A stretch of 64,000 bases of DNA from Clostridia bacterium (GTDB taxonomy: Bacteria; Bacillota; Clostridia; Oscillospirales; Acutalibacteraceae): contig JAFVBH010000001.1 in NCBI GenBank assembly GCA_017480115.1, forward strand, positions 7,809-71,808, given 5' to 3'. Below the pieces are notes generated by a model, which did not search any database, was not told the origin of the DNA, and saw only the letters and a list, made by a program, of their open reading frames with translations. Position numbers and translations under genes: made by a program. Positions within the stretch are counted from its first letter, which is position 1. Every line of letters starts with the position of its first letter. Positions 35,701 through 43,048 of the stretch are shown in pieces.

Positions 35701-36640
35701 AGCGGACGAAAGCGAAGCGTCTTTCAACCAAATTCAGGAGACTGACACAAACGGCGTCGCGACCTTTAAATACGCGTTTGCCATTGCACACGGCGACGTC
35801 AGCGCAGATTATGCTGCCGCATTCGCCCTTGACCGCGCGTTTACGGCGCCCGTTTTACAGCCGCTGCATATCGTGCAGCAGAAGAGCGCCGACCTGATTC
35901 TCTTTACGGATCAGATCATTGCCGCAACGCCGGGCGAATCCAACGGCAAGGTCATCGGCGTCCCCGCGAACTATGAAATCTACAACGGCGAGATCCATCA
36001 GGGCGCGATCGTTTCCGGCAGCACCTGGAGCTTCCCGATCAACGGCGAGTTCACCGATCTTTCCGTCGGACAGCACGCGATCCGCGCGGCGGAATATTTC
36101 GACGCCGCGACCGATACCTTCTATCTGAAATCCGATTACGAGGTATTCACCGTACCCCGCGGCTTCTGGACGGTGACGGCGGCTGCCGCAGACGCTGACG
36201 GCGTCAATTTCACACAAGGCGTTACCTACACTGCCGAGCCGGGCGGCACCGTCTATGTGTTCTTTACGGTTGCGGACGGCCATACGTATCAGTCCTTTAC
36301 GGTCAGCAACCCGAATTACGTCAGCGGCGAGATCATCTACAACGCGGAGGCGGGCTACATCGTCATTGACGGCGTAACCGGCAACATCACGTTGACGGTC
36401 GTCACCAAACCTGTGGAGCAGCAGACGGAACCGACCAATCCCACAGAACCGACGGAGCCGACCAAACCCACGGAGCCGACCAAGCCCACGGAACCGTCAA
36501 CGACCAATCCGTCCGGCGCGCCGGAAACCCCGAAAAACGCCTGCAAATACTGCGGCAAGGTGCATACCGGCTTCTGGGGCAAGATCACGCAATTCTTCCA
36601 TAATATCTTCTACTTCTTCAAGCATTTGTTCAGAAGATAA
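32771..36640 (+). CDS. 1289-aa secreted repetitive cell-surface protein
   Basis: Signal peptide MSKPIKRVLAIFLAITLAFGASVPILAAD. Four tripartite repeat units of roughly 270 aa (Ig-like unit VxVxDxxGxPV...YDVYAxYxGxGxYxSAxS, then GxITVxGDYxYxEYY...NTFYF, then ITGVTAEPAxxATVxFDxxTGxVTV). TEPTKP linker. Cys/aromatic tail. No LPXTG. Confidence 0.9.
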   Translation: MSKPIKRVLAIFLAITLAFGASVPILAADQTSTVTELTLTQTANNSDGNKVTASVRVTDRNGNPVVEDATGNNVILNFTETGKKLTSSKGRLNGDGEYAATKTISGGKTYDVYAEYTGPGDYAPSESEHITITAIKPVLSLSSTPSLTDKETGTITIGGDYGALSQFVYYKNPSGNEITVSANKITGLAAGNYYVRSLPYQDGNTFYLASANRPITVEEIDGVAHTLTLAGANVTWLDAASDPLDENALIISEQTALRLIPEADIGFRITGVTAEPAEAATVTFDTQTGVVTVADATGDLTLTAVTEDIRKDTAVTLAVSQSATNGSVLVANITVVDADGAPVSETPDNDNIKLYVGGALSHTGKLDANGNRAYTKSLSADRSYDVYAVYVGQGEYRSAESNHITITTKSTAITAAATPATTKNDVGTITVFGDYAYYEYYKSPNGNEIRVTDNVITGLSAGEYYIKVPAYQDGNTFYFESSKARVTVDEIEEITRRVSLAGENAVWSPDTAVVELADGEDATFTVAAAEHYSITGVTAEPAQNATVAFDDATGTVSVTGIKGDVTLTAHTQLIQKEVSVALLSVTQSGDDGRTLIAEIKVVDEDGNAVNETTDANNVILHVGAYTVSDKLNDAGIATLKRQLGTTAGSYDVYAEYVGAGVYKSAYSAHTTINTVTTALPKNAVTTAASFIKRATGSITVPGDYTYFEYYRDPNGTPVRVAGATAENLEGASYYVYIPAYSEENTFYFQSNKVLVTVDAVPEFYYTVTGTGAHAIWSAEQTVIAEDGGATVTVTAEAGYIISGVTAEPANNAKVSFNPATGVVTIDDIRGDITLTTAFRYQSDENDAYTVTLTDDARVVWNAAGGSIKVKYGVDGSVYLQSADAARYFIDTVTASPAGRASVTYSSTGEVHITDIISDITLTAEITEKQIAQTLVVAYDFERGSNYSESNPAVNAIFSVTALDENGATVPGTKIYFKADESEASFNQIQETDTNGVATFKYAFAIAHGDVSADYAAAFALDRAFTAPVLQPLHIVQQKSADLILFTDQIIAATPGESNGKVIGVPANYEIYNGEIHQGAIVSGSTWSFPINGEFTDLSVGQHAIRAAEYFDAATDTFYLKSDYEVFTVPRGFWTVTAAAADADGVNFTQGVTYTAEPGGTVYVFFTVADGHTYQSFTVSNPNYVSGEIIYNAEAGYIVIDGVTGNITLTVVTKPVEQQTEPTNPTEPTEPTKPTEPTKPTEPSTTNPSGAPETPKNACKYCGKVHTGFWGKITQFFHNIFYFFKHLFRR
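36425..36496 (+). repeat. 9/18-bp periodic tract encoding (TEPT[NK]P)n
   Basis: ACGGAGCCGACCAAACCC / ACGGAGCCGACCAAGCCC in tandem (36452-36487), flanked by degenerate units. Confidence 0.8.
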
Positions 36641-36655
36641 AGCAATCAACATCCG

Positions 36656-36686
36656 CCGCGCAGAAGGTTCAACGCTTTCTGCGCGG
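36656..36686 (+). terminator. terminator of the surface-protein gene
   Basis: CCGCGCAGAA-N11-TTCTGCGCGG followed by TTCTCTT. Confidence 0.6.
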
Positions 36687-36691
36687 TTCTC

Positions 36692-36720
36692 TTGACGAAA
36701 AAAACACAGAATGATAAAAT
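36692..36720 (+). promoter_or_regulatory. promoter of the aminotransferase gene
   Basis: TTGACG, 17-nt spacer, TAAAAT. Confidence 0.55.
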
Positions 36721-36759
36721 AGAAAAATCAAGTTTATTTTGCAAAAAAGGAGCCTGTCT

Positions 36760-37929
36760 ATGCTGCAGCTTTCCGCACGTACCCAAACATTTACCGATTC
36801 CGTTATTCGCCGCATGACGCGCATATCGCTGCAATATGACGCGGTCAACCTGTCGCAGGGATTCCCGGATTTTGACCCGCCGCAGGCGATCCTTGACCGT
36901 TTGACGGCGGTCGCCCACGAGGATTTTCACCAGTATTCCGTCACGTGGGGCGCGCAGAATTTCCGGGAGGCGCTGGCGGAAAAACAGTCCCGCTTTATGG
37001 GACGCGACATCGACCCGAACCGGGAGATCGTCGTAACCTGCGGCAGCACGGAGGCAATGATGGCGGCGATGATGACGGTGACCAACCCCGGCGACAAGGT
37101 GATTGTTTTCTCTCCGTTCTATGAAAACTACGGCGCAGACGCGATCCTTGCCGGCGCGGAGCCGATTTACGTGCCGCTGCACCCGCCCGCGTTCTGTTTT
37201 GACGCGGACGCGCTGGAGGCGGCGTTCCGTCAGCGTCCCAAGGCGCTGATCCTCTGCAACCCGTCCAATCCCTGCGGGAAAGTGTTTACTTATGAGGAGC
37301 TGCGGCTGATCGCCGACCTCGCCGAACGCTACGACGCTTTCGTTATCACCGACGAGGTATATGAGCATATCGTGTACGCGCCCCACAAGCATATCTATTT
37401 CGCGACGCTGCCCGGCATGCGGGAGCGCACGCTCTGCTGTTCTTCCCTTTCAAAAACCTATTCGATCACCGGCTGGCGGCTGGGGTACGTTATCGCGCCG
37501 CCGCACATTACCGAGGGCGTGAAAAAGGTGCATGATTTCCTGACCGTGGGCGCGGCTGCGCCGCTGCAGGAGGCGGCGGTTACGGGGCTGCGGTTCGGCG
37601 ACGATTATTACCGGCAGCTGCAGCGCGTCTATACGCAAAAGCGGGATCTGTTTCTAAAGGGGCTGGACGATCTTTCGATCTCCCACACCGACCCGCAGGG
37701 CGCGTATTACGTGCTGTTGGATATTTCCGAGTTCGGCTTCGCCGACGATCTGGAATTTTGCGAAACGCTTGCCCGCGACGTGGGCGTCGGCGCAGTACCC
37801 GGCTCCAGCTTCTTCCGGGAGGACGTCAACCACTTGATCCGTCTTCATTTCGCAAAAAAAGAGGAGACCCTTTATGCGGCGTTGAACCGCATGGAGTCTC
37901 TGCGAAAGAAAATATTACCGAGAAAATAA
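36760..37929 (+). CDS. class I/II PLP-dependent aminotransferase
   Basis: AAGGAG sits 8 nt before ATG 36760. NLSQGFPDF...SLSKTYSITGWRLGY...RLHFAK. Confidence 0.9.
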   Translation: MLQLSARTQTFTDSVIRRMTRISLQYDAVNLSQGFPDFDPPQAILDRLTAVAHEDFHQYSVTWGAQNFREALAEKQSRFMGRDIDPNREIVVTCGSTEAMMAAMMTVTNPGDKVIVFSPFYENYGADAILAGAEPIYVPLHPPAFCFDADALEAAFRQRPKALILCNPSNPCGKVFTYEELRLIADLAERYDAFVITDEVYEHIVYAPHKHIYFATLPGMRERTLCCSSLSKTYSITGWRLGYVIAPPHITEGVKKVHDFLTVGAAAPLQEAAVTGLRFGDDYYRQLQRVYTQKRDLFLKGLDDLSISHTDPQGAYYVLLDISEFGFADDLEFCETLARDVGVGAVPGSSFFREDVNHLIRLHFAKKEETLYAALNRMESLRKKILPRK

Positions 37930-37958
37930 TCGTCAGCAAAACGCTGATCGGCAAACGG

Positions 37959-38004
37959 AACAGCCTGCACAACGCCGCATCGGGAGCCGTGCAGGCTGTT
38001 TTTT
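37959..38004. terminator. bidirectional terminator between convergent genes
   Basis: AACAGCCTGCAC-N18-GTGCAGGCTGTT followed by TTTT. Confidence 0.7.
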
Positions 38005-38821
38005 AATGTTCAAGGAAGCTGTGTTCCTGTCCGTTCGTTTTATAGCCGGGGAAGGTATCGAGCTGCAAGGCGTGGATCGCGGCAAAAATATTCGCGTCAA
38101 CCGTCGGCGTCGTCCGTTTCAGATGCTTCAGCAGCGTTTTGACCTCCTGCCGCTTGGAACCGCCGCCGCCATTGTCACACATGGTGCAGTTTTCCGTAAA
38201 ACGGCAGGCGCACTGGATAAATTCCAGCTCATTGCGCTGTTTCCATTGAATGATCGTTTCTTCACGAATACGGTACAGCGGGCGGATCAGCTCCATGCCC
38301 GCAAAATTTCGACTTTTCAGCTTGGGGATCATGCCCTGCAGCTGCGCGCCGTAAAACATGCTCATGACCGTGGTTTCGATCACATCGTTAAAATGATGCC
38401 CCAGCGCGATCTTGTTGCAGCCCAGCGCTTGCGCCTGATTGTACAGATGCCCGCGGCGCATGCGGGCGCAGAGATAGCAGGGGGATTTATCAGAATTGTT
38501 GGCAACGCGGAAAATATCGGTTTCAAACACGGTGATGGGGATCTGTAAAAGCTTGGCGTTGCTCTCGATCTTTTGCCGGTTGATCGCGTTATACCCGGGA
38601 TCCATCACCAAATAAACGACCTCGAACGGGATCTCGGCGGCGCGCTGATAGAGCTGCATCAGCTTCGCCATCAGCATGGAATCCTTGCCGCCGGAGATGC
38701 AGACGGCGATCCGATCGCCGGGTGCGATCAGCGCGTAATCGCCGATCGCCTGCCGGAACGGCGTCCAAAGGCTGTCGTAAAATTCGTCGGTGATATGCCA
38801 CGTCGCGGCCGCCTGTTCCAT
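38003..38821 (-). CDS. PP-loop ATPase of the TtcA/tRNA-thiolation type
   Basis: IAVCISGGKDSMLM, CYLCARMRRG, GHHFNDVIET, C-terminal CxxC pairs. TAATG coupling to the upstream desulfurase gene. Confidence 0.8.
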   Translation of the reverse strand: MEQAAATWHITDEFYDSLWTPFRQAIGDYALIAPGDRIAVCISGGKDSMLMAKLMQLYQRAAEIPFEVVYLVMDPGYNAINRQKIESNAKLLQIPITVFETDIFRVANNSDKSPCYLCARMRRGHLYNQAQALGCNKIALGHHFNDVIETTVMSMFYGAQLQGMIPKLKSRNFAGMELIRPLYRIREETIIQWKQRNELEFIQCACRFTENCTMCDNGGGGSKRQEVKTLLKHLKRTTPTVDANIFAAIHALQLDTFPGYKTNGQEHSFLEH

Positions 38822-39939
38822 TATGTCAGCTCCTTTATACAGGTATCAAAAATTTTCAAAAATTCCGAAAGCTCTTCCCGCGTCGTCAGATGGCTCAGGC
38901 TGATCCGCCACGCGGACAGGGCTGTTTTTCTGTCCCGACTGACGGCGTAAACCGCGCGGGAGGGCAAGCCGTCGGACGAACAGGCGGATTTTACGGAAAC
39001 GCAAACGCCTTTTTCCGCCAGCGCCGCCTGAAACGCCGCGCCCTTTATCCCCCGCACGCTGAGATTTAAAATATGCGGCACTGCGTCTGCGGGACTGTTG
39101 ATCGTCACCTGCCCGTAAGCGGCAAGCGCCGTACGCAAGAACGCATGATGCGCTTTCACGATCTCCAGCCGGGCGTCCGCCTCCGAAAACGCATACGCCA
39201 TTGCGGCGGCAAGTGCGTGATCCAGCGCGACCGTGGGCGTGCCGCTGCGGTAAATGGTGGTGCTTTTGCCGCCGTGGATCAACGGTTCCAGCGCCAGCCC
39301 GTCCCGCTTGTACAGCAGCCCCACGCCGTTCAAGCCGTAGAATTTATGCGCGGAAAGACTCATCGTATCAACGCCCGCAAGCGCAGGCGGCAGCTTCCCC
39401 ACCGCCTGCGTCGCGTCCACATGCAGCTTACAATCGGGAAATTCTTTTAAGATTTCCACGATCTGCGCAAGGGGCTGGATCGTGCCCAGTTCGCTGTCCA
39501 CGGCGCTGACGGTCAACAGCGCCGTATCCTGCCGCAAAAGCTGCCGCAAATGCGCAAGATCGATCTTTCCGCCGCGGTCAATGGCGACCACGTCGATCTC
39601 CCAGCCCTGCTCCTGCAAGGCGGTCAACGGCGCGCTGACGGAGGCATGCTCCAGCGGCGTTGTAATGATGTGCCTGCCGACGTGCCGCTGCGCCCGGGCG
39701 ATCCCCTTTACGGCGAGATTATTCGCCTCGCTGGCGCCGGAGGTATAGATCAGCTCCGACGGGGCAGCGCCCAGCATCGCCGCGATTCTGCCCGTCGCCG
39801 CGTCCAGCAGCGCCGCCGCTTCCCTGCCTGCGGCATGGGCGGCGTTCGCATTGCCGATCAGTTTGCGTTCCGCGTCCACGAACGCCTCCAGCACCCGCGG
39901 GTCGGCAGGCGTATTCGCGCAGTAATCAAGATAAATCAT
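38821..39939 (-). CDS. cysteine desulfurase (NifS/IscS-like, class V aminotransferase)
   Basis: IYLDYCANTP...TSGASEANN...LSAHKFYG...SACSS. Confidence 0.9.
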   Translation of the reverse strand: MIYLDYCANTPADPRVLEAFVDAERKLIGNANAAHAAGREAAALLDAATGRIAAMLGAAPSELIYTSGASEANNLAVKGIARAQRHVGRHIITTPLEHASVSAPLTALQEQGWEIDVVAIDRGGKIDLAHLRQLLRQDTALLTVSAVDSELGTIQPLAQIVEILKEFPDCKLHVDATQAVGKLPPALAGVDTMSLSAHKFYGLNGVGLLYKRDGLALEPLIHGGKSTTIYRSGTPTVALDHALAAAMAYAFSEADARLEIVKAHHAFLRTALAAYGQVTINSPADAVPHILNLSVRGIKGAAFQAALAEKGVCVSVKSACSSDGLPSRAVYAVSRDRKTALSAWRISLSHLTTREELSEFLKIFDTCIKELT

Positions 39940-40034
39940 AGGCGGCTCCCCGTTCTTTTCCATCTGCATAGAGTATAGTGCCTGCGCCGAAAAAAGTCAA
40001 TATCCGCCGTGCCATGCAAATCCGCAAAGAATAC

Positions 40035-40069
40035 AGAAAAAACGGAGTACCGTCGCGCGGCGCTCCGTT
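40035..40069 (-). terminator. terminator of the Cys/Met-metabolism gene
   Basis: The minus strand reads AACGGAG-N15-CTCCGTT followed by TTTTCTG. Confidence 0.65.
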
Positions 40070-40082
40070 CGCAGCTTTCCGA

Positions 40083-41276
40083 TTACAGCAGACCTGTTTT
40101 TTCCAGCGCCTGCTTCAGATCATCGATAAGATCCTGCGTGTCCTCGATCCCGACGCTGAAACGGAAGAACCCGTTGTGGAATTTCTCGGGATACAGATAC
40201 TGCCGCTCATCGTTCTCGCCGAGGAACACGATCAGGCTTTCGTCATGTCCCAGCGAGACTGCGGAGGTAATGACCTTCAAATGGGAGACGAAGCGGTTGT
40301 GGGTATCGTGATCCGCCTTCAAGCCGAAGGACAGCATGCCGCCGAAGCCGGGCGCCATCTGCTTTTTTGCGATCTCGTGTCCCTGACTGCTCTCTAATCC
40401 CGGGTACGCCACAAAGCTGACGCAGGGCTGCGCCTCCAGCCACTTTGCCACCGCGAGGGCGTTCTCGTTATGCTGCTTCATACGCAGCGGCAGTGTGACC
40501 GCGCCGCGCATAATCAGCCATGCGTTAAAGGGCGAGATCGTCGCGCCGAGATTGATCTGCGACTGGGCGCGGATCAGGTCGAGATGCTCTTTTTTCCCGA
40601 TGATCGCGCCGCCCATCGCGTCGCCGTGCCCGTTGATGTACTTTGTCAGGCTCTCGACGCAGAAATCCGCGCCCAGCTCGAGGGGACGCTGATTATAGGG
40701 CGAGGCAAAGGTATTGTCCACCGACAGTAAAATCCCGTGGGCGTGGGCAATCTCCGCCAGCGCGCGAATATCCGTGATCCCCAGCGTCGGGTTGCCCGGC
40801 GTTTCGATGTGGATCAGCTTCGTATTGGGGCGGATCGCCGCGCGGACGTTCTCCGGGTCGGTGGTATCGACAATGGTCGTCTCCACCCCGAATTTATGAT
40901 TGAACAGCTCGTTAAACAGGCGGTAGACCGCGATATAGGTCACGCTGGAAAAAATTACGTGATCGCCGCTTTGCAGCAGCGCAAAAAACAGCCCCGACAG
41001 CGCGCCCACACCGCTTGCCAGCGCGATGCAGTCCTCGCCGCCCTCGAGGGACGCCAGCTTTTCCTGCAAATAGTTCTGATTGGCGCCGTCGTTGCGGGTA
41101 TACAGCGTCTGCCCCGCGCCGGACCAGTTCATATCCGTGGGGTCATAGGGCAGCTCGTAGCTGTTTGCCATGGTGATCGGGCGCTTGATCGCGCCGGTTT
41201 CACCGTCTACGTCGTTGCCCGTATGCACGGCGCGGGTCATAAAGCCGTATTCTTTCCCGTAGGTTCTTTTTGCCAT
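40083..41276 (-). CDS. Cys/Met-metabolism PLP enzyme (methionine gamma-lyase/O-acetylhomoserine sulfhydrylase family)
   Basis: LEGGEDCIALASG...VDNTFASPYNQRPLELGADFCVESLTKYINGHGD. Confidence 0.9.
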   Translation of the reverse strand: MAKRTYGKEYGFMTRAVHTGNDVDGETGAIKRPITMANSYELPYDPTDMNWSGAGQTLYTRNDGANQNYLQEKLASLEGGEDCIALASGVGALSGLFFALLQSGDHVIFSSVTYIAVYRLFNELFNHKFGVETTIVDTTDPENVRAAIRPNTKLIHIETPGNPTLGITDIRALAEIAHAHGILLSVDNTFASPYNQRPLELGADFCVESLTKYINGHGDAMGGAIIGKKEHLDLIRAQSQINLGATISPFNAWLIMRGAVTLPLRMKQHNENALAVAKWLEAQPCVSFVAYPGLESSQGHEIAKKQMAPGFGGMLSFGLKADHDTHNRFVSHLKVITSAVSLGHDESLIVFLGENDERQYLYPEKFHNGFFRFSVGIEDTQDLIDDLKQALEKTGLL

Positions 41277-41325
41277 TATTCTTTCTCCTTTATTTTAATT
41301 CCTATCAATCATGTATGTTTATAGT

Positions 41326-41354
41326 ATTATAGGATACAAAAAAGAAAAAGTCAA
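41326..41354 (-). promoter_or_regulatory. promoter of the Cys/Met-metabolism gene
   Basis: The minus strand reads TTGACT, 17-nt spacer, TATAAT. No riboswitch-length leader (about 45 nt). Confidence 0.6.
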
Positions 41355-41361
41355 TAGCTTT

Positions 41362-41404
41362 GAAGAAAGAACCCCCCGACGCTTCGGCAAAGAAGCGTTA
41401 GGGG
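41362..41404 (-). terminator. terminator after mutY
   Basis: The minus strand reads CCCCTAACGCTTC-tttgcc-GAAGCGTCGGGGGG followed by TTCTTTCTTC. Confidence 0.55.
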
Positions 41405-41418
41405 CGATCGTCAGATTC

Positions 41419-42477
41419 TTATAATTGCATGCCGGCGTCCAAAAACGGACGGAACGCCGAGGGCAGCGCGTACGTATTTTGCAGCTCTGCGGCGCTCGCC
41501 CATACGAATGCGTCCGGCATCTCCCGACATTCAAAATAATAGCAGGTCATATGCCACTCCACATGGGTAAAAATATGGGTATACGCGGTCTGCATCAGCA
41601 GCTGCGCGGGCGACGTCCCCCAATCGGCGGCTATTTCCGCCGCGCGGCGAAGCGCGTCATCCTCCGAAGCGGGCGCGGTATCCACGTTGGGAAATTCCCA
41701 CAGGTTCGCCAAAAGCCCCGTAGATTTCCGCTTTCTGACCGCGTAACGATCGCCGCATTTCAGGAATAATACGGTTTTCTCCACTCTTTTGCGCTGTTTT
41801 TTCGCGTCCCGCACCGGAAAGCCCGCCCACGAGGTATGCGCGTTGGCAAGGCAGTGCGCCGCCAGCGGACATTCCGTACATTTCGGGTTGCCGTTAGGCA
41901 CGCAGACGCAGGCGCCCAGCTCCATCAGGCTCTGCGTCAGGATACCGCACAGTCCGGGACGGTACAGAGGCTGCAATTCCGCCGCGACCTGCTTTTTGGT
42001 CGTCTCTTTGTCGATATTTCTGCCGTCCTCGTTCAGCCGCGCGCAGACGCGCAAGACGTTGCCGTCCACAGCGGGCGTTGGCAGATCAAAGCAGATCGAC
42101 GCGATCGCGCCCGCCGTATACGCGCCGACGCCGGGCAGCGCGCGTATCTCATCATAGACGGCGGGAAATACTCCATGATACCGTTCCACAAGCAGTTGGG
42201 CGGCTTTTTTTAAGTTGCGGGCGCGGTTGTAATAGCCCAGCCCCTCCCACAGCTTCATCAGCTGATCGTCCTCCACGGCGGCAAGCGCCTGTACCGTCGG
42301 CAGCTCCCGCAAAAAGCGCAGATAATACCCGATCACCGCCTCCACGCGGGTCTGCTGTAACATGATCTCGGAAATCCAGACATGATACGGCTCCCGATCC
42401 TGCCGCCATGGCAGAGCCCGCGCGTGTGCGGCGTACCAATCCGGCAAAATCGCGGGGATATAAGCGAAACGCTCCAT
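41419..42477 (-). CDS. mutY: A/G-specific adenine DNA glycosylase
   Basis: LPWRQDREPYHVWISEIMLQQTRVEAV...GLGYYNRARNL...PGVGAYTAGAI...CVPNGNPKCTECPLAAHC. GAAAGGTGG precedes ATG 42477. Confidence 0.9.
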   Translation of the reverse strand: MERFAYIPAILPDWYAAHARALPWRQDREPYHVWISEIMLQQTRVEAVIGYYLRFLRELPTVQALAAVEDDQLMKLWEGLGYYNRARNLKKAAQLLVERYHGVFPAVYDEIRALPGVGAYTAGAIASICFDLPTPAVDGNVLRVCARLNEDGRNIDKETTKKQVAAELQPLYRPGLCGILTQSLMELGACVCVPNGNPKCTECPLAAHCLANAHTSWAGFPVRDAKKQRKRVEKTVLFLKCGDRYAVRKRKSTGLLANLWEFPNVDTAPASEDDALRRAAEIAADWGTSPAQLLMQTAYTHIFTHVEWHMTCYYFECREMPDAFVWASAAELQNTYALPSAFRPFLDAGMQL

Positions 42478-42538
42478 GGGCAACCACCTTTCTTCCGGAT
42501 CATTATAACACAGATCCCCCTGCCGCCGCAACAGCTGA

Positions 42539-43047
42539 AAATTCTGATTTATCGGGGCGTGGACGCCCCGATAAATCAGAATTTAATGAATAATGAATAG
42601 TGAATGATGAATGATTGTGGAACCGCTTCGCAGTTGGATTTTAGAACTGATTGCCGGAAACGGGTAGCACGGCGCACTGCGCCGTTTAAATTCCACAACG
42701 ACGGTAGAAATTTTGACAAAGGCACATATACCCCTCGTTGCGGAATTTTTATAATGAGGCGCGACAGCGCCCACCGTATGGAAAGCCGGGTAGATCAGCA
42801 TGCTTTTTCGGCTTTGGAATATGGTTAAGCCCTGCGGGCATTTATTAGAAAATCATACGACAAAGGATAAATCGTGCCTTTCCCCAGTATTTTCCGTTTG
42901 CCGCATGATTAAACGGCGCAGTGCGCCGTGCTACCCGTTTCCGCTAATTTGTTTAAAAATCCAAATCGCGCAGCGATTTCCGCAATTATTCATTCTTCAT
43001 TTTTAATTTTTCATTTCTGATTTAGCTGCTGCGCAGCTAAATCAGAA
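42539..43047. repeat. 509-bp nested palindromic element (hairpin caps, about 70-nt imperfect inverted arms, 35-bp perfect inverted repeats, 219-bp core)
   Basis: Hairpin A at 42539-42584 (21-bp stem). Perfect IR CGGAAACGGGTAGCACGGCGCACTGCGCCGTTTAA at 42655-42689, with its reverse complement at 42909-42943. Hairpin B at 43015-43047 (15-bp stem). Confidence 0.9.
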
Positions 43048-43048
43048 T

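Noticed and set aside
33388-35791. Several 100-370-aa minus-strand ORFs inside the surface-protein gene
   Set aside because: They are antisense to a signal-peptide-bearing, repeat-structured CDS. Their products are Arg/Gly-rich nonsense.
41277-41418. SAM or T-box riboswitch ahead of the Cys/Met gamma-enzyme gene
   Set aside because: The promoter (TTGACT-17-TATAAT) leaves a leader of only about 45 nt, too short for those elements. The only stem present is the mutY terminator.
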